A stretch of 64,000 bases of DNA from NCBI GenBank assembly GCA_032718475.1, contig JAUCBJ010009154.1:62001-126000 (forward strand), given 5' to 3'. The notes below the pieces were generated by a model. It saw only the letters and a list, made by a program, of their open reading frames with translations, ran no database searches and was not told where the DNA came from. Position 1 is the stretch's first letter. Each line of letters starts with the position of its first letter. This document shows positions 51,801 through 64,000 of this stretch, piece by piece. Source of the stretch: Nemertoderma westbladi (Eukaryota > Animalia > Xenacoelomorpha). Position numbers and translations under genes: made by a program.

Positions 51801-54800
51801 CCGCCATATTAACTTATCCTTTCGATCTTCCTCCTTTCCTTCTCTATAAATGAGTCCGCCATATTAACTTATCCTTTCTTTGCTATAAATGAGTCCGCCA
51901 TATTAACTTATCCTTTCTTTGCTATAAATGAGTCCGCCATATTAACTTATCCTTTCGATCTTCCTCCTTTCGTTCTCTATAAATGAGTCCGGCATATTAA
52001 CTTATCCTTTCTTTGCTATAAATGAGTCCGCCATATTAACTTATACTTTCGATCTTCCTCCTTTCGTTCTCTATAAATGAGTCCGCCATATTAACTTATC
52101 CTTTCGATCTTCCTCCTTTCCTTCTCTATAAATGAGTCCGCCATATTAACTTATCCTTTCGTTCTCTATAAATGAGTCCGCCATATTAACTTATCCTTTC
52201 GATCTTCCTCCTTTCGTTCTCTATAAATGAGTCCGCCATATTAACTTATCCTTTCGATCTTCCTCCTTTCCTTCTCTATAAATGAGTCCGCCATATTAAC
52301 TTATCCTTTCGTTCTCTATAAATGAGTCCGCCATATTAACTTATCCTTTCGATCTTCCTCCTTTCGTTCTCTATAAATGAGTCCGCCATATTAACTTATC
52401 CTTTCGATCTTCCTCCTTTCGTTCTCTATAAATGAGTCCGCCATATTAACTTATCCTTTCGATCTTCCTCCTTTCGTTCTCTATAAATGAGTCCGCCATA
52501 TTAACTTATCCTTTCGATCTTCCTCCTTTCCTTCTCTATAAATGAGTCCGCCATATTAACTTATCCTTTCGATCTTCCTCCTTTCGTTCTCTATAAATGA
52601 GTCCGCCATATTAACTTATCCTTTCGATCTTCCTCCTTTCGTTCTCTATAAATGAGTCCGCCATATTAACTTATACTTTCGATCTTCCTCCTTTCGTTCT
52701 CTATAAATGAGTCCGCCATATTAACTTATCCTTTCGATCTTCCTCCTTTCGTTCTCTATAAATGAGTCCGCCATATTAACTTATCCTTTCGATCTTCCTC
52801 CTTTCGTTCTCTATAAATGAGTCCGCCATATTAACTTATCCTTTCGATCTTCCTCCTTTCCTTCTCTATAAATGAGTCCGCCATATTAACTTATCCTTTC
52901 GATCTTCCTCCTTTCCTTCTCTATAAATGAGTCCGCCATATTAACTTATCCTTTCGTTCTCTATAAATGAGTCCGCCATATTAACTTATCCTTTCGATCT
53001 TCCTCCTTTCCTTCTCTATAAATGAGTCCGCCATATTAACTTATCCTTTCGATCTTCCTCCTTTCGTTCTCTATAAATGAGTCCGCCATATTAACTTATC
53101 CTTTCTTTGCTATAAATGAGTCCGCCATATTAACTTATCCTTTCGATCTTCCTCCTTTCGTTCTCTATAAATGAGTCCGCCATATTAACTTATCCTTTCG
53201 ATCTTCCTCCTTTCGTTCTCTATAAATGAGTCCGCCATATTAACTTATCCTTTCCTTCTCTATAAATGAGTCCGCCGTATTAACTTATCCTTTCTTTGCT
53301 ATAAATGAGTCCGCCATATTAACTTATCCTTTCTTTGCTATAAATGAGTCCGCCATATTAACTTATCCTTTCGATCTTCCTCCTTTCCTTCTCTATAAAT
53401 GAGTCCGCCATATTAACTTATCCTTTCTTTGCTATAAATGAGTCCGCCATATTAACTTATCCTTTCTTTGCTATAAATGAGTCCGCCATATTAACTTATC
53501 CTTTCGATCTTCCTCCTTTCGTTCTCTATAAATGAGTCCGGCATATTAACTTATCCTTTCTTTGCTATAAATGAGTCCGCCATATTAACTTATACTTTCG
53601 ATCTTCCTCCTTTCGTTCTCTATAAATGAGTCCGGCATATTAACTTATCCTTTCTTTGCTATAAATGAGTCCGCCATATTAACTTATCCTTTCGATCTTC
53701 CTCCTTTCGTTCTCTATAAATGAGTCCGGCATATTAACTTATCCTTTCTTTGCTATAAATGAGTCCGCCATATTAACTTATCCTTTCGATCTTCCTCCTT
53801 TCGTTCTCTATAAATGAGTCCGCCATATTAACTTATCCTTTCTTTGCTATAAATGAGTCCGCCATATTAACTTATCCTTTCGATCTTCCTCCTTTCGTTC
53901 TCTATAAATGAGTCCGCCATATTAACTTATCCTTTCGATCTTCCTCCTTTCGTTCTCTATAAATGAGTCCGCCATATTAACTTATCCTTTCGATCTTCCT
54001 CCTTTCCTTCTCTATAAATGAGTCCGCCATATTAACTTATCCTTTCTTTGCTATAAATGAGTCCGCCATATTAACTTATCCTTTCTTTGCTATAAATGAG
54101 TCCGCCATATTAACTTATCCTTTCGATCTTCCTCCTTTCGTTCTCTATAAATGAGTCCGGCATATTAACTTATCCTTTCTTTGCTATAAATGAGTCCGCC
54201 ATATTAACTTATACTTTCGATCTTCCTCCTTTCGTTCTCTATAAATGAGTCCGGCATATTAACTTATCCTTTCTTTGCTATAAATGAGTCCGCCATATTA
54301 ACTTATCCTTTCGATCTTCCTCCTTTCGTTCTCTATAAATGAGTCCGGCATATTAACTTATCCTTTCTTTGCTATAAATGAGTCCGCCATATTAACTTAT
54401 CCTTTCGATCTTCCTCCTTTCGTTCTCTATAAATGAGTCCGCCATATTAACTTATCCTTTCGATCTTCCTCCTTTCCTTCTCTATAAATGAGTCCGCCAT
54501 ATTAACTTATCCTTTCGTTCTCTATAAATGAGTCCGCCATATTAACTTATCCTTTCGATCTTCCTCCTTTCGTTCTCTATAAATGAGTCCGCCATATTAA
54601 CTTATCCTTTCGATCTTCCTCCTTTCGTTCTCTATAAATGAGTCCGGCATATTAACTTATCCTTTCGATCTTCCTCCTTTCGTTCTCTATAAATGAGTCC
54701 GCCATATTAACTTATCCTTTCGATCTTCCTCCTTTCGTTCTCTATAAATGAGTCCGCCATATTAACTTATCCTTTCGATCTTCCTCCTTTCGTTCTCTAT

Positions 54801-57800
54801 AAATGAGTCCGCCATATTAACTTATCCTTTCTTTGCTATAAATGAGTCCGCCATATTAACTTATCCTTTCTTTGCTATAAATGAGTCCGCCATATTAACT
54901 TATCCTTTCGATCTTCCTCCTTTCGTTCTCTATAAATGAGTCCGGCATATTAACTTATCCTTTCTTTGCTATAAATGAGTCCGCCATATTAACTTATCCT
55001 TTCGATCTTCCTCCTTTCGTTCTCTATAAATGAGTCCGCCATATTAACTTATCCTTTCGATCTTCCTCCTTTCCTTCTCTATAAATGAGTCCGCCATATT
55101 AACTTATCCTTTCGTTCTCTATAAATGAGTCCGCCATATTAACTTATCCTTTCGATCTTCCTCCTTTCGTTCTCTATAAATGAGTCCGCCATATTAACTT
55201 ATCCTTTCGATCTTCCTCCTTTCGTTCTCTATAAATGAGTCCGCCATATTAACTTATCCTTTCGATCTTCCTCCTTTCGTTCTCTATAAATGAGTCCGCC
55301 ATATTAACTTATACTTTCGATCTTCCTCCTTTCGTTCTCTATAAATGAGTCCGCCATATTAACTTATCCTTTCGATCTTCCTCCTTTCGTTCTCTATAAA
55401 TGAGTCCGCCATATTAACTTATCCTTTCGATCTTCCTCCTTTCGTTCTCTATAAATGAGTCCGCCATATTAACTTATCCTTTCGATCTTCCTCCTTTCGT
55501 TCTCTATAAATGAGTCCGCCATATTAATTTATCCTTTCGATCTTCCTCCTTTCGTTCTCTATAAATGAGTCCGCCATATTAACTTATACTTTCGATCTTC
55601 CTCCTTTCGTTCTCTATAAATGAGTCCGGCATATTAACTTATCCTTTCGATCTTCCTCCTTTCGTTCTCTATAAATGAGTCCGCCATATTAACTTATCCT
55701 TTCGATCTTCCTCCTTTCGTTCTCTATAAATGAGTCCGCCATATTAACTTATCCTTTCTTTGCTATAAATGAGTCCGCCATATTAACTTATCCTTTCGAT
55801 CTTCCTCCTTTCGTTCTCTATAAATGAGTCCGCCATATTAACTTATCCTTTCGATCTTCCTCCTTTCGTTCTCTATAAATGAGTCCGCCATATTAACTTA
55901 TCCTTTCTTTGCTATAAATGAGTCCGCCATATTAACTTATCCTTTCGATCTTCCTCCTTTCGTTCTCTATAAATGAGTCCGCCATATTAACTTATCCTTT
56001 CGATCTTCCTCCTTTCGTTCTCTATAAATGAGTCCGCCATATTAACTTATCCTTTCGTTCTCTATAAATGAGTCCGCCATATTAACTTATCCTTTCGATC
56101 TTCCTCCTTTCGTTCTCTATAAATGAGTCCGCCATATTAACTTATCCTTTCGATCTTCCTCCTTTCGTTCTCTATAAATGAGTCCGGCATATTAACTTAT
56201 CCTTTCGATCTTCCTCCTTTCGTTCTCTATAAATGAGTCCGCCATATTAACTTATCCTTTCGATCTTCCTCCTTTCGTTCTCTATAAATGAGTCCGCCAT
56301 ATTAACTTATCCTTTCTTTGCTATAAATGAGTCCGCCATATTAACTTATCCTTTCGATCTTCCTCCTTTCGTTCTCTATAAATGAGTCCGCCATATTAAC
56401 TTATCCTTTCGATCTTCCTCCTTTCGTTCTCTATAAATGAGTCCGCCATATTAACTTATCCTTTCTTTGCTATAAATGAGTCCGCCATATTAACTTATCC
56501 TTTCTTTGCTATAAATGAGTCCGCCATATTAACTTATCCTTTCTTTGCTATAAATGAGTCCGCCATATTAACTTATCCTTTCGATCTTCCTCCTTTCGTT
56601 CTCTATAAATGAGTCCGCCATATTAACTTATCCTTTCGATCTTCCTCCTTTCGTTCTCTATAAATGAGTCCGCCATATTAACTTATCCTTTCGATCTTCC
56701 TCCTTTCGTTCTCTATAAATGAGTCCGCCATATTAACTTATCCTTTCGATCTTCCTCCTTTCGTTCTCTATAAATGAGTCCGCCATATTAACTTATCCTT
56801 TCGATCTTCCTCCTTTCGTTCTCTATAAATGAGTCCGCCATATTAACTTATCCTTTCGATCTTCCTCCTTTCGTTCTCTATAAATGAGTCCGCCATATTA
56901 ACTTATCCTTTCGATCTTCCTCCTTTCGTTCTCTATAAATGAGTCCGCCATATTAACTTATCCTTTCGATCTTCCTCCTTTCGTTCTCTATAAATGAGTC
57001 CGCCATATTAACTTATCCTTTCGATCTTCCTCCTTTCGTTCTCTATAAATGAGTCCGCCATATTAACTTATCCTTTCGATCTTCCTCCTTTCGTTCTCTA
57101 TAAATGAGTCCGCCATATTAACTTATCCTTTCGATCTTCCTCCTTTCGTTCTCTATAAATGAGTCCGCCATATTAACTTATCCTTTCTTTGCTATAAATG
57201 AGTCCGCCATATTAACTTATACTTTCGATCTTCCTCCTTTCGTTCTCTATAAATGAGTCCGCCATATTAACTTATCCTTTCGATCTTCCTCCTTTCGTTC
57301 TCTATAAATGAGTCCGCCATATTAACTTATCCTTTCGATCTTCCTCCTTTCGTTCTCTATAAATGAGTCCGCCATATTAACTTATCCTTTCGATCTTCCT
57401 CCTTTCGTTCTCTATAAATGAGTCCGCCATATTAACTTATCATTTCTTTGCTATAAATGAGTCCGCCATATTAACTTATCCTTTCTTTGCTATAAATGAG
57501 TCCGCCATATTAACTTATCCTTTCTTTGCTATAAATGAGTCCGCCATATTAACTTATCCTTTCGATCTTCCTCCTTTCGTTCTCTATAAATGAGTCCGCC
57601 ATATTAACTTATCCTTTCGATCTTCCTCCTTTCGTTCTCTATAAATGAGTCCGCCATATTAACTTATCATTTCTTTGCTATAAATGAGTCCGCCATATTA
57701 ACTTATCCTTTCTTTGCTATAAATGAGTCCGCCATATTAACTTATCCTTTCTTTGCTATAAATGAGTCCGCCATATTAACTTATCCTTTCGATCTTCCTC

Positions 57801-60800
57801 CTTTCCTTCTCTATAAATGAGTCCGCCATATTAACTTATCCTTTCGATCTTCCTCCTTTCGTTCTCTATAAATGAGTCCGCCATATTAACTTATCCTTTC
57901 GATCTTCCTCCTTTCGTTCTCTATAAATGAGTCCGCCATATTAACTTATCATTTCTTTGCTATAAATGAGTCCGCCATATTAACTTATCCTTTCTTTGCT
58001 ATAAATGAGTCCGCCATATTAACTTATCCTTTCTTTGCTATAAATGAGTCCGCCATATTAACTTATCCTTTCGATCTTCCTCCTTTCCTTCTCTATAAAT
58101 GAGTCCGCCATATTAACTTATCCTTTCGATCTTCCTCCTTTCGTTCTCTATAAATGAGTCCGCCATATTAACTTATCCTTTCTTTGCTATAAATGAGTCC
58201 GCCATATTAACTTATACTTTCGATCTTCCTCCTTTCGTTCTCTATAAATGAGTCCGCCATATTAACTTATCCTTTCGATCTTCCTCCTTTCGTTCTCTAT
58301 AAATGAGTCCGCCATATTAACTTATCCTTTCGATCTTCCTCCTTTCGTTCTCTATAAATGAGTCCGCCATATTAACTTATCCTTTCGATCTTCCTCCTTT
58401 CGTTCTCTATAAATGAGTCCGCCATATTAACTTATCCTTTCGATCTTCCTCCTTTCGTTCTCTATAAATGAGTCCGCCATATTAACTTATCATTTCTTTG
58501 CTATAAATGAGTCCGCCATATTAACTTATCCTTTCTTTGCTATAAATGAGTCCGCCATATTAACTTATCCTTTCTTTGCTATAAATGAGTCCGCCATATT
58601 AACTTATCCTTTCGATCTTCCTCCTTTCGTTCTCTATAAATGAGTCCGCCATATTAACTTATCCTTTCGATCTTCCTCCTTTCGTTCTCTATAAATGAGT
58701 CCGCCATATTAACTTATCATTTCTTTGCTATAAATGAGTCCGCCATATTAACTTATCCTTTCTTTGCTATAAATGAGTCCGCCATATTAACTTATCCTTT
58801 CTTTGCTATAAATGAGTCCGCCATATTAACTTATCCTTTCGATCTTCCTCCTTTCCTTCTCTATAAATGAGTCCGCCATATTAACTTATCCTTTCGATCT
58901 TCCTCCTTTCGTTCTCTATAAATGAGTCCGCCATATTAACTTATCCTTTCTTTGCTATAAATGAGTCCGCCATATTAACTTATACTTTCGATCTTCCTCC
59001 TTTCGTTCTCTATAAATGAGTCCGCCATATTAACTTATCCTTTCGATCTTCCTCCTTTCGTTCTCTATAAATGAGTCCGCCATATTAACTTATCCTTTCG
59101 ATCTTCCTCCTTTCGTTCTCTATAAATGAGTCCGCCATATTAACTTATCCTTTCGATCTTCCTCCTTTCGTTCTCTATAAATGAGTCCGCCATATTAACT
59201 TATCCTTTCGATCTTCCTCCTTTCGTTCTCTATAAATGAGTCCGCCATATTAACTTATCCTTTCGATCTTCCTCCTTTCGTTCTCTATAAATGAGTCCGC
59301 CATATTAACTTATCCTTTCGATCTTCCTCCTTTCGTTCTCTATAAATGAGTCCGCCATATTAACTTATCCTTTCGATCTTCCTCCTTTCGTTCTCTATAA
59401 ATGAGTCCGCCATATTAACTTATCCTTTCGATCTTCCTCCTTTCGTTCTCTATAAATGAGTCCGCCATATTAACTTATCCTTTCGATCTTCCTCCTTTCG
59501 TTCTCTATAAATGAGTCCGCCATATTAACTTATCCTTTCGATCTTCCTCCTTTCGTTCTCTATAAATGAGTCCGCCATATTAACTTATCCTTTCGATCTT
59601 CCTCCTTTCGTTCTCTATAAATGAGTCCGCCATATTAACTTATCCTTTCGATCTTCCTCCTTTCGTTCTCTATAAATGAGTCCGCCATATTAACTTATCA
59701 TTTCTTTGCTATAAATGAGTCCGCCATATTAACTTATCCTTTCTTTGCTATAAATGAGTCCGCCATATTAACTTATCCTTTCTTTGCTATAAATGAGTCC
59801 GCCATATTAACTTATCCTTTCGATCTTCCTCCTTTCGTTCTCTATAAATGAGTCCGCCATATTAACTTATCCTTTCGATCTTCCTCCTTTCGTTCTCTAT
59901 AAATGAGTCCGCCATATTAACTTATCATTTCTTTGCTATAAATGAGTCCGCCATATTAACTTATCCTTTCTTTGCTATAAATGAGTCCGCCATATTAACT
60001 TATCCTTTCTTTGCTATAAATGAGTCCGCCATATTAACTTATCCTTTCTTTGCTATAAATGAGTCCGCCATATTAACTTATCCTTTCTTTGCTATAAATG
60101 AGTCCGCCATATTAACTTATCCTTTCTTTGCTATAAATGAGTCCGCCATATTAATTCCTCCTTTCGTTCTCTATAAATGAGTCCGCCGTATTAACTTATC
60201 CTTTCTTTGCTATAAATGAGTCCGCCATATTAATTCCTCCTTTCGTTCTCTATAAATGAGTCCGGCATATTAACTTATCCTTTCGATCTTCCTCCTTTCG
60301 TTCTCTATAAATGAGTCCGCCATATTAACTTATCCTTTCTTTGCTATAAATGAGTCCGCCATATTAATTCCTCCTTTCGTTCTCTATAAATGAGTCCGGC
60401 ATATTAACTTATCCTTTCGATCTTCCTCCTTTCGTTCTCTATAAATGAGTCCGCCATATTAACTTATCCTTTCTTTGCTATAAATGAGTCCGCCATATTA
60501 ATTCCTCCTTTCGTTCTCTATAAATGAGTCCGGCATATTAACTTATCCTTTCGATCTTCCTCCTTTCGTTCTCTATAAATGAGTCCGCCATATTAACTTA
60601 TCCTTTCGATCTTCCTCCTTTCGTTCTCTATAAATGAGTCCGCCGTATTAACTTATCCTTTCTTTGCTATAAATGAGACCGCCATATTAACTTATCCTTT
60701 CTTTGCTATAAATGAGTCCGCCATATTAACTTATCCTTTCTTTGCTATAAATGAGTCCGCCGTATTAACTTATCCTTTCGATCTTCCTCCTTTCGTTCTC

Positions 60801-63800
60801 TATAAATGAGTCCGCCATATTAACTTATCCTTTCGATCTTCCTCCTTTCCTTCTCTATAAATGAGTCCGCCATATTAACTTATCCTTTCTTTGCTATAAA
60901 TGAGTCCGTCATATTAACTTATCCTTTCGATCTTCCTCCTTTCCTTCTCTATAAATGAGTCCGCCATATTAACTTATCCTTTCTTTGCTATAAATGAGTC
61001 CGCCATATTAACTTATCCTTTCGATCTTCCTCCTTTCGTTCTCTATAAATGAGTCCGCCATATTAACTTATCCTTTCGTTCTCTATAAATGAGTCCGCCA
61101 TATTAACTTATCCTTTCGTTCTCTATAAATGAGTCCGTCATATTAACTTATCCTTTCGATCTTCCTCCTTTCGTTCTCTATAAATGAGTCCGCCATATTA
61201 ACTTATCCTTTCTTTGCTATAAATGAGTCCGCCATATTAACTTATCCTTTCGATCTTCCTCCTTTCGTTCTCTATAAATGAGTCCGGCATATTAACTTAT
61301 CCTTTCTTTGCTATAAATGAGTCCGCCATATTAACTTATCCTTTCTTTGCTATAAATGAGTCCGCCATATTAACTTATCCTTTCTTTGCTATAAATGAGT
61401 CCGCCATATTAACTTATCCTTTCGATCTTCCTCCTTTCGTTCTCTATAAATGAGTCCGCCATATTAACTTATCCTTTCGATCTTCCTCCTTTCGTTCTCT
61501 ATAAATGAGTCCGCCATATTAACTTATCCTTTCGTTCTCTATAAATGAGTCCGCCATATTAACTTATCCTTTCGTTCTCTATAAATGAGTCCGCCATATT
61601 AACTTATCCTTTCGATCTTCCTCCTTTCGTTCTCTATAAATGAGTCCGCCATATTAACTTATCCTTTCTTTGCTATAAATGAGTCCGCCATATTAACTTA
61701 TCCTTTCTTTGCTATAAATGAGTCCGCCATATTAACTTATCCTTTCGATCTTCCTCCTTTCGTTCTCTATAAATGAGTCCGCCATATTAACTTATCCTTT
61801 CGTTCTCTATAAATGAGTCCGCCATATTAACTTATCCTTTCGTTCTCTATAAATGAGTCCGCCATATTAACTTATCCTTTCTTTGCTATAAATGAGTCCG
61901 CCATATTAACTTATCCTTTCGATCTTCCTCCTTTCGTTCTCTATAAATGAGTCCGCCATATTAACTTATCCTTTCTTTGCTATAAATGAGTCCGCCATAT
62001 TAACTTATCCTTTCTTTGCTATAAATGAGTCCGCCATATTAACTTATCCTTTCGATCTTCCTCCTTTCGTTCTCTATAAATGAGTCCGCCATATTAACTT
62101 ATCCTTTCGATCTTCCTCCTTTCGTTCTCTATAAATGAGTCCGCCATATTAACTTATCCTTTCTTTGCTATAAATGAGTCCGCCATATTAACTTATCCTT
62201 TCTTTGCTATAAATGAGTCCGCCATATTAACTTATCCTTTCTTTGCTATAAATGAGTCCGCCATATTAACTTATCCTTTCTTTGCTATAAATGAGTCCGC
62301 CATATTAACTTATCCTTTCTTTGCTATAAATGAGTCCGCCATATTAACTTATCCTTTCGCCCTTTATCCTTTCGTTCTCTATAAATGAGTCCGGCATATT
62401 AACTTATCCTTTCGTTCTCTATAAATGAGTCCGCCATATTAACTTATCCTTTCTTTGCTATAAATGAGTCCGCCATATTAACTTATCCTTTCGTTCTCTA
62501 TAAATGAGTCCGCCATATTAACTTATCCTTTCTTTGCTATAAATGAGTCCGCCATATTAACTTATCCTTTCGATCTTCCTCCTTTCGTTCTCTATAAATG
62601 AGTCCGCCATATTAACTTATCCTTTCTTTGCTATAAATGAGTCCGCCATATTAACTTATCCTTTCGATCTTCCTCCTTTCGTTCTCTATAAATGAGTCCG
62701 CCATATTAACTTATCCTTTCGTTCTCTATAAATGAGTCCGCCATATTAACTTATACTTTCTTTGCTATAAATGAGTCCGCCATATTAACTTATCCTTTCT
62801 TTGCTATAAATGAGTCCGCCATATTAACTTATCCTTTCTTTGCTATAAATGAGTCCGCCATATTAACTTATCCTTTCGATCTTCCTCCTTTCGTTCTCTA
62901 TAAATGAGTCCGCCATATTAACTTATCCTTTCTTTGCTATAAATGAGTCCGCCATATTAACTTATCCTTTCGATCTTCCTCCTTTCGTTCTCTATAAATG
63001 AGTCCGCCATATTAACTTATCCTTTCTTTGCTATAAATGAGTCCGCCATATTAACTTATCCTTTCGATCTTCCTCCTTTCGTTCTCTATAAATGAGTCCG
63101 CCATATTAACTTATCCTTTCGATCTTCCTCCTTTCGTTCTCTATAAATGAGTCCGCCATATTAACTTATCCTTTCGATCTTCCTCCTTTCGTTCTCTATA
63201 AATGAGTCCGCCATATTAACTTATCCTTTCTTTGCTATAAATGAGTCCGCCATATTAACTTATCCTTTCGATCTTCCTCCTTTCGTTCTCTATAAATGAG
63301 TCCGCCATATTAACTTATCCTTTCTTTACTATAAATGAGTCCGCCATATTAACTTATCCTTTCTTTGCTATAAATGAGTCCGCCATATTAACTTATCCTT
63401 TCTTTGCTATAAATGAGTCCGCCATATTAACTTATCCTTTCGATCTTCCTCCTTTCGTTCTCTATAAATGAGTCCGCCATATTAACTTATCCTTTCGATC
63501 TTCCTCCTTTCGTTCTCTATAAATGAGTCCGCCATATTAACTTATCCTTTCTTTACTATAAATGAGTCCGCCATATTAACTTATCCTTTCTTTGCTATAA
63601 ATGAGTCCGCCATATTAACTTATCCTTTCTTTGCTATAAATGAGTCCGCCATATTAACTTATCCTTTCGATCTTCCTCCTTTCGTTCTCTATAAATGAGT
63701 CCGCCATATTAACTTATCCTTTCGATCTTCCTCCTTTCGTTCTCTATAAATGAGTCCGCCATATTAACTTATCCTTTCGATCTTCCTCCTTTCGTTCTCT

Positions 63801-64000
63801 ATAAATGAGTCCGCCATATTAACTTATCCTTTCGATCTTCCTCCTTTCCTTCTCTATAAATGAGTCCGCCATATTAACTTATCCTTTCTTTGCTATAAAT
63901 GAGTCCGCCATATTAACTTATCCTTTCTTTGCTATAAATGAGTCCGCCATATTAACTTATCCTTTCAATCTTCCTCCTTTCCTTCTCTATAAATGAGTCC
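9802..64000 (+). repeat. Large head-to-tail satellite array: constant core ATAAATGAGTCCGCCATATTAACTTATCCT plus variable tails (TTCTTTGCT 39 bp; TTCGTTCTCT/TTCCTTCTCT 40 bp; ATTCTTATCTCT 42 bp; TTCGATCTTCCTCCTTTCGTTCTCT 55 bp)
   Basis: Uninterrupted single-orientation array to the window end; roughly 1100-1200 monomers (estimated from length); no other insertion or inversion seen. Confidence 0.98.

Noticed and set aside
9802-64000. CRISPR array (constant ~30-bp repeat with variable intervening sequence)
   Set aside because: The intervening segments are 9-40 nt, come from a handful of related variants reused hundreds of times, and derive from internal duplication of the repeat; no cas genes; eukaryotic context.
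9802-64000. Telomere-like array synthesized by the adjacent telomerase-related PLE RT
   Set aside because: The element holds no template for the monomer beyond the TSD, is EN+ and 5'-truncated, and interrupts a pre-existing monomer. The strand running away from the gene is C/T-rich, opposite to usual telomere polarity. A subtelomeric location cannot be excluded from this window.

Overview
AT-rich eukaryotic (metazoan-like) genomic DNA at a gene-to-satellite boundary. 1-7440 holds several short tandem repeats (21-22, 27, 19 and 28 bp) and the terminal coding exon (5206-6013, +) of a probable Gab/DOS-family RTK docking protein. A satellite array starts abruptly at 7442 and runs past the window end (>54 kb). 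Its monomers share a ~30-bp constant core (ATAAATGAGTCCGCCATATTAACTTATCCT) followed by one of a few pyrimidine-rich tails, giving 39/40/42/55/70-bp units. A young, 5'-truncated Penelope-like retroelement interrupts the second monomer (7508-9801). It has an RT, a Cys-rich linker and a C-terminal GIY-YIG domain in an uninterrupted frame, a 12-bp target-site duplication, a 48-bp perfect 5' inversion of its own 3' end, and a minimal hammerhead ribozyme motif with a U3-A8 compensatory core. The satellite shows a readable polar history of variants and higher-order repeats, and its core contains TATA-, YY1/Pho- and TCT-initiator-like motifs. All analysis was by eye; copy numbers are estimates.
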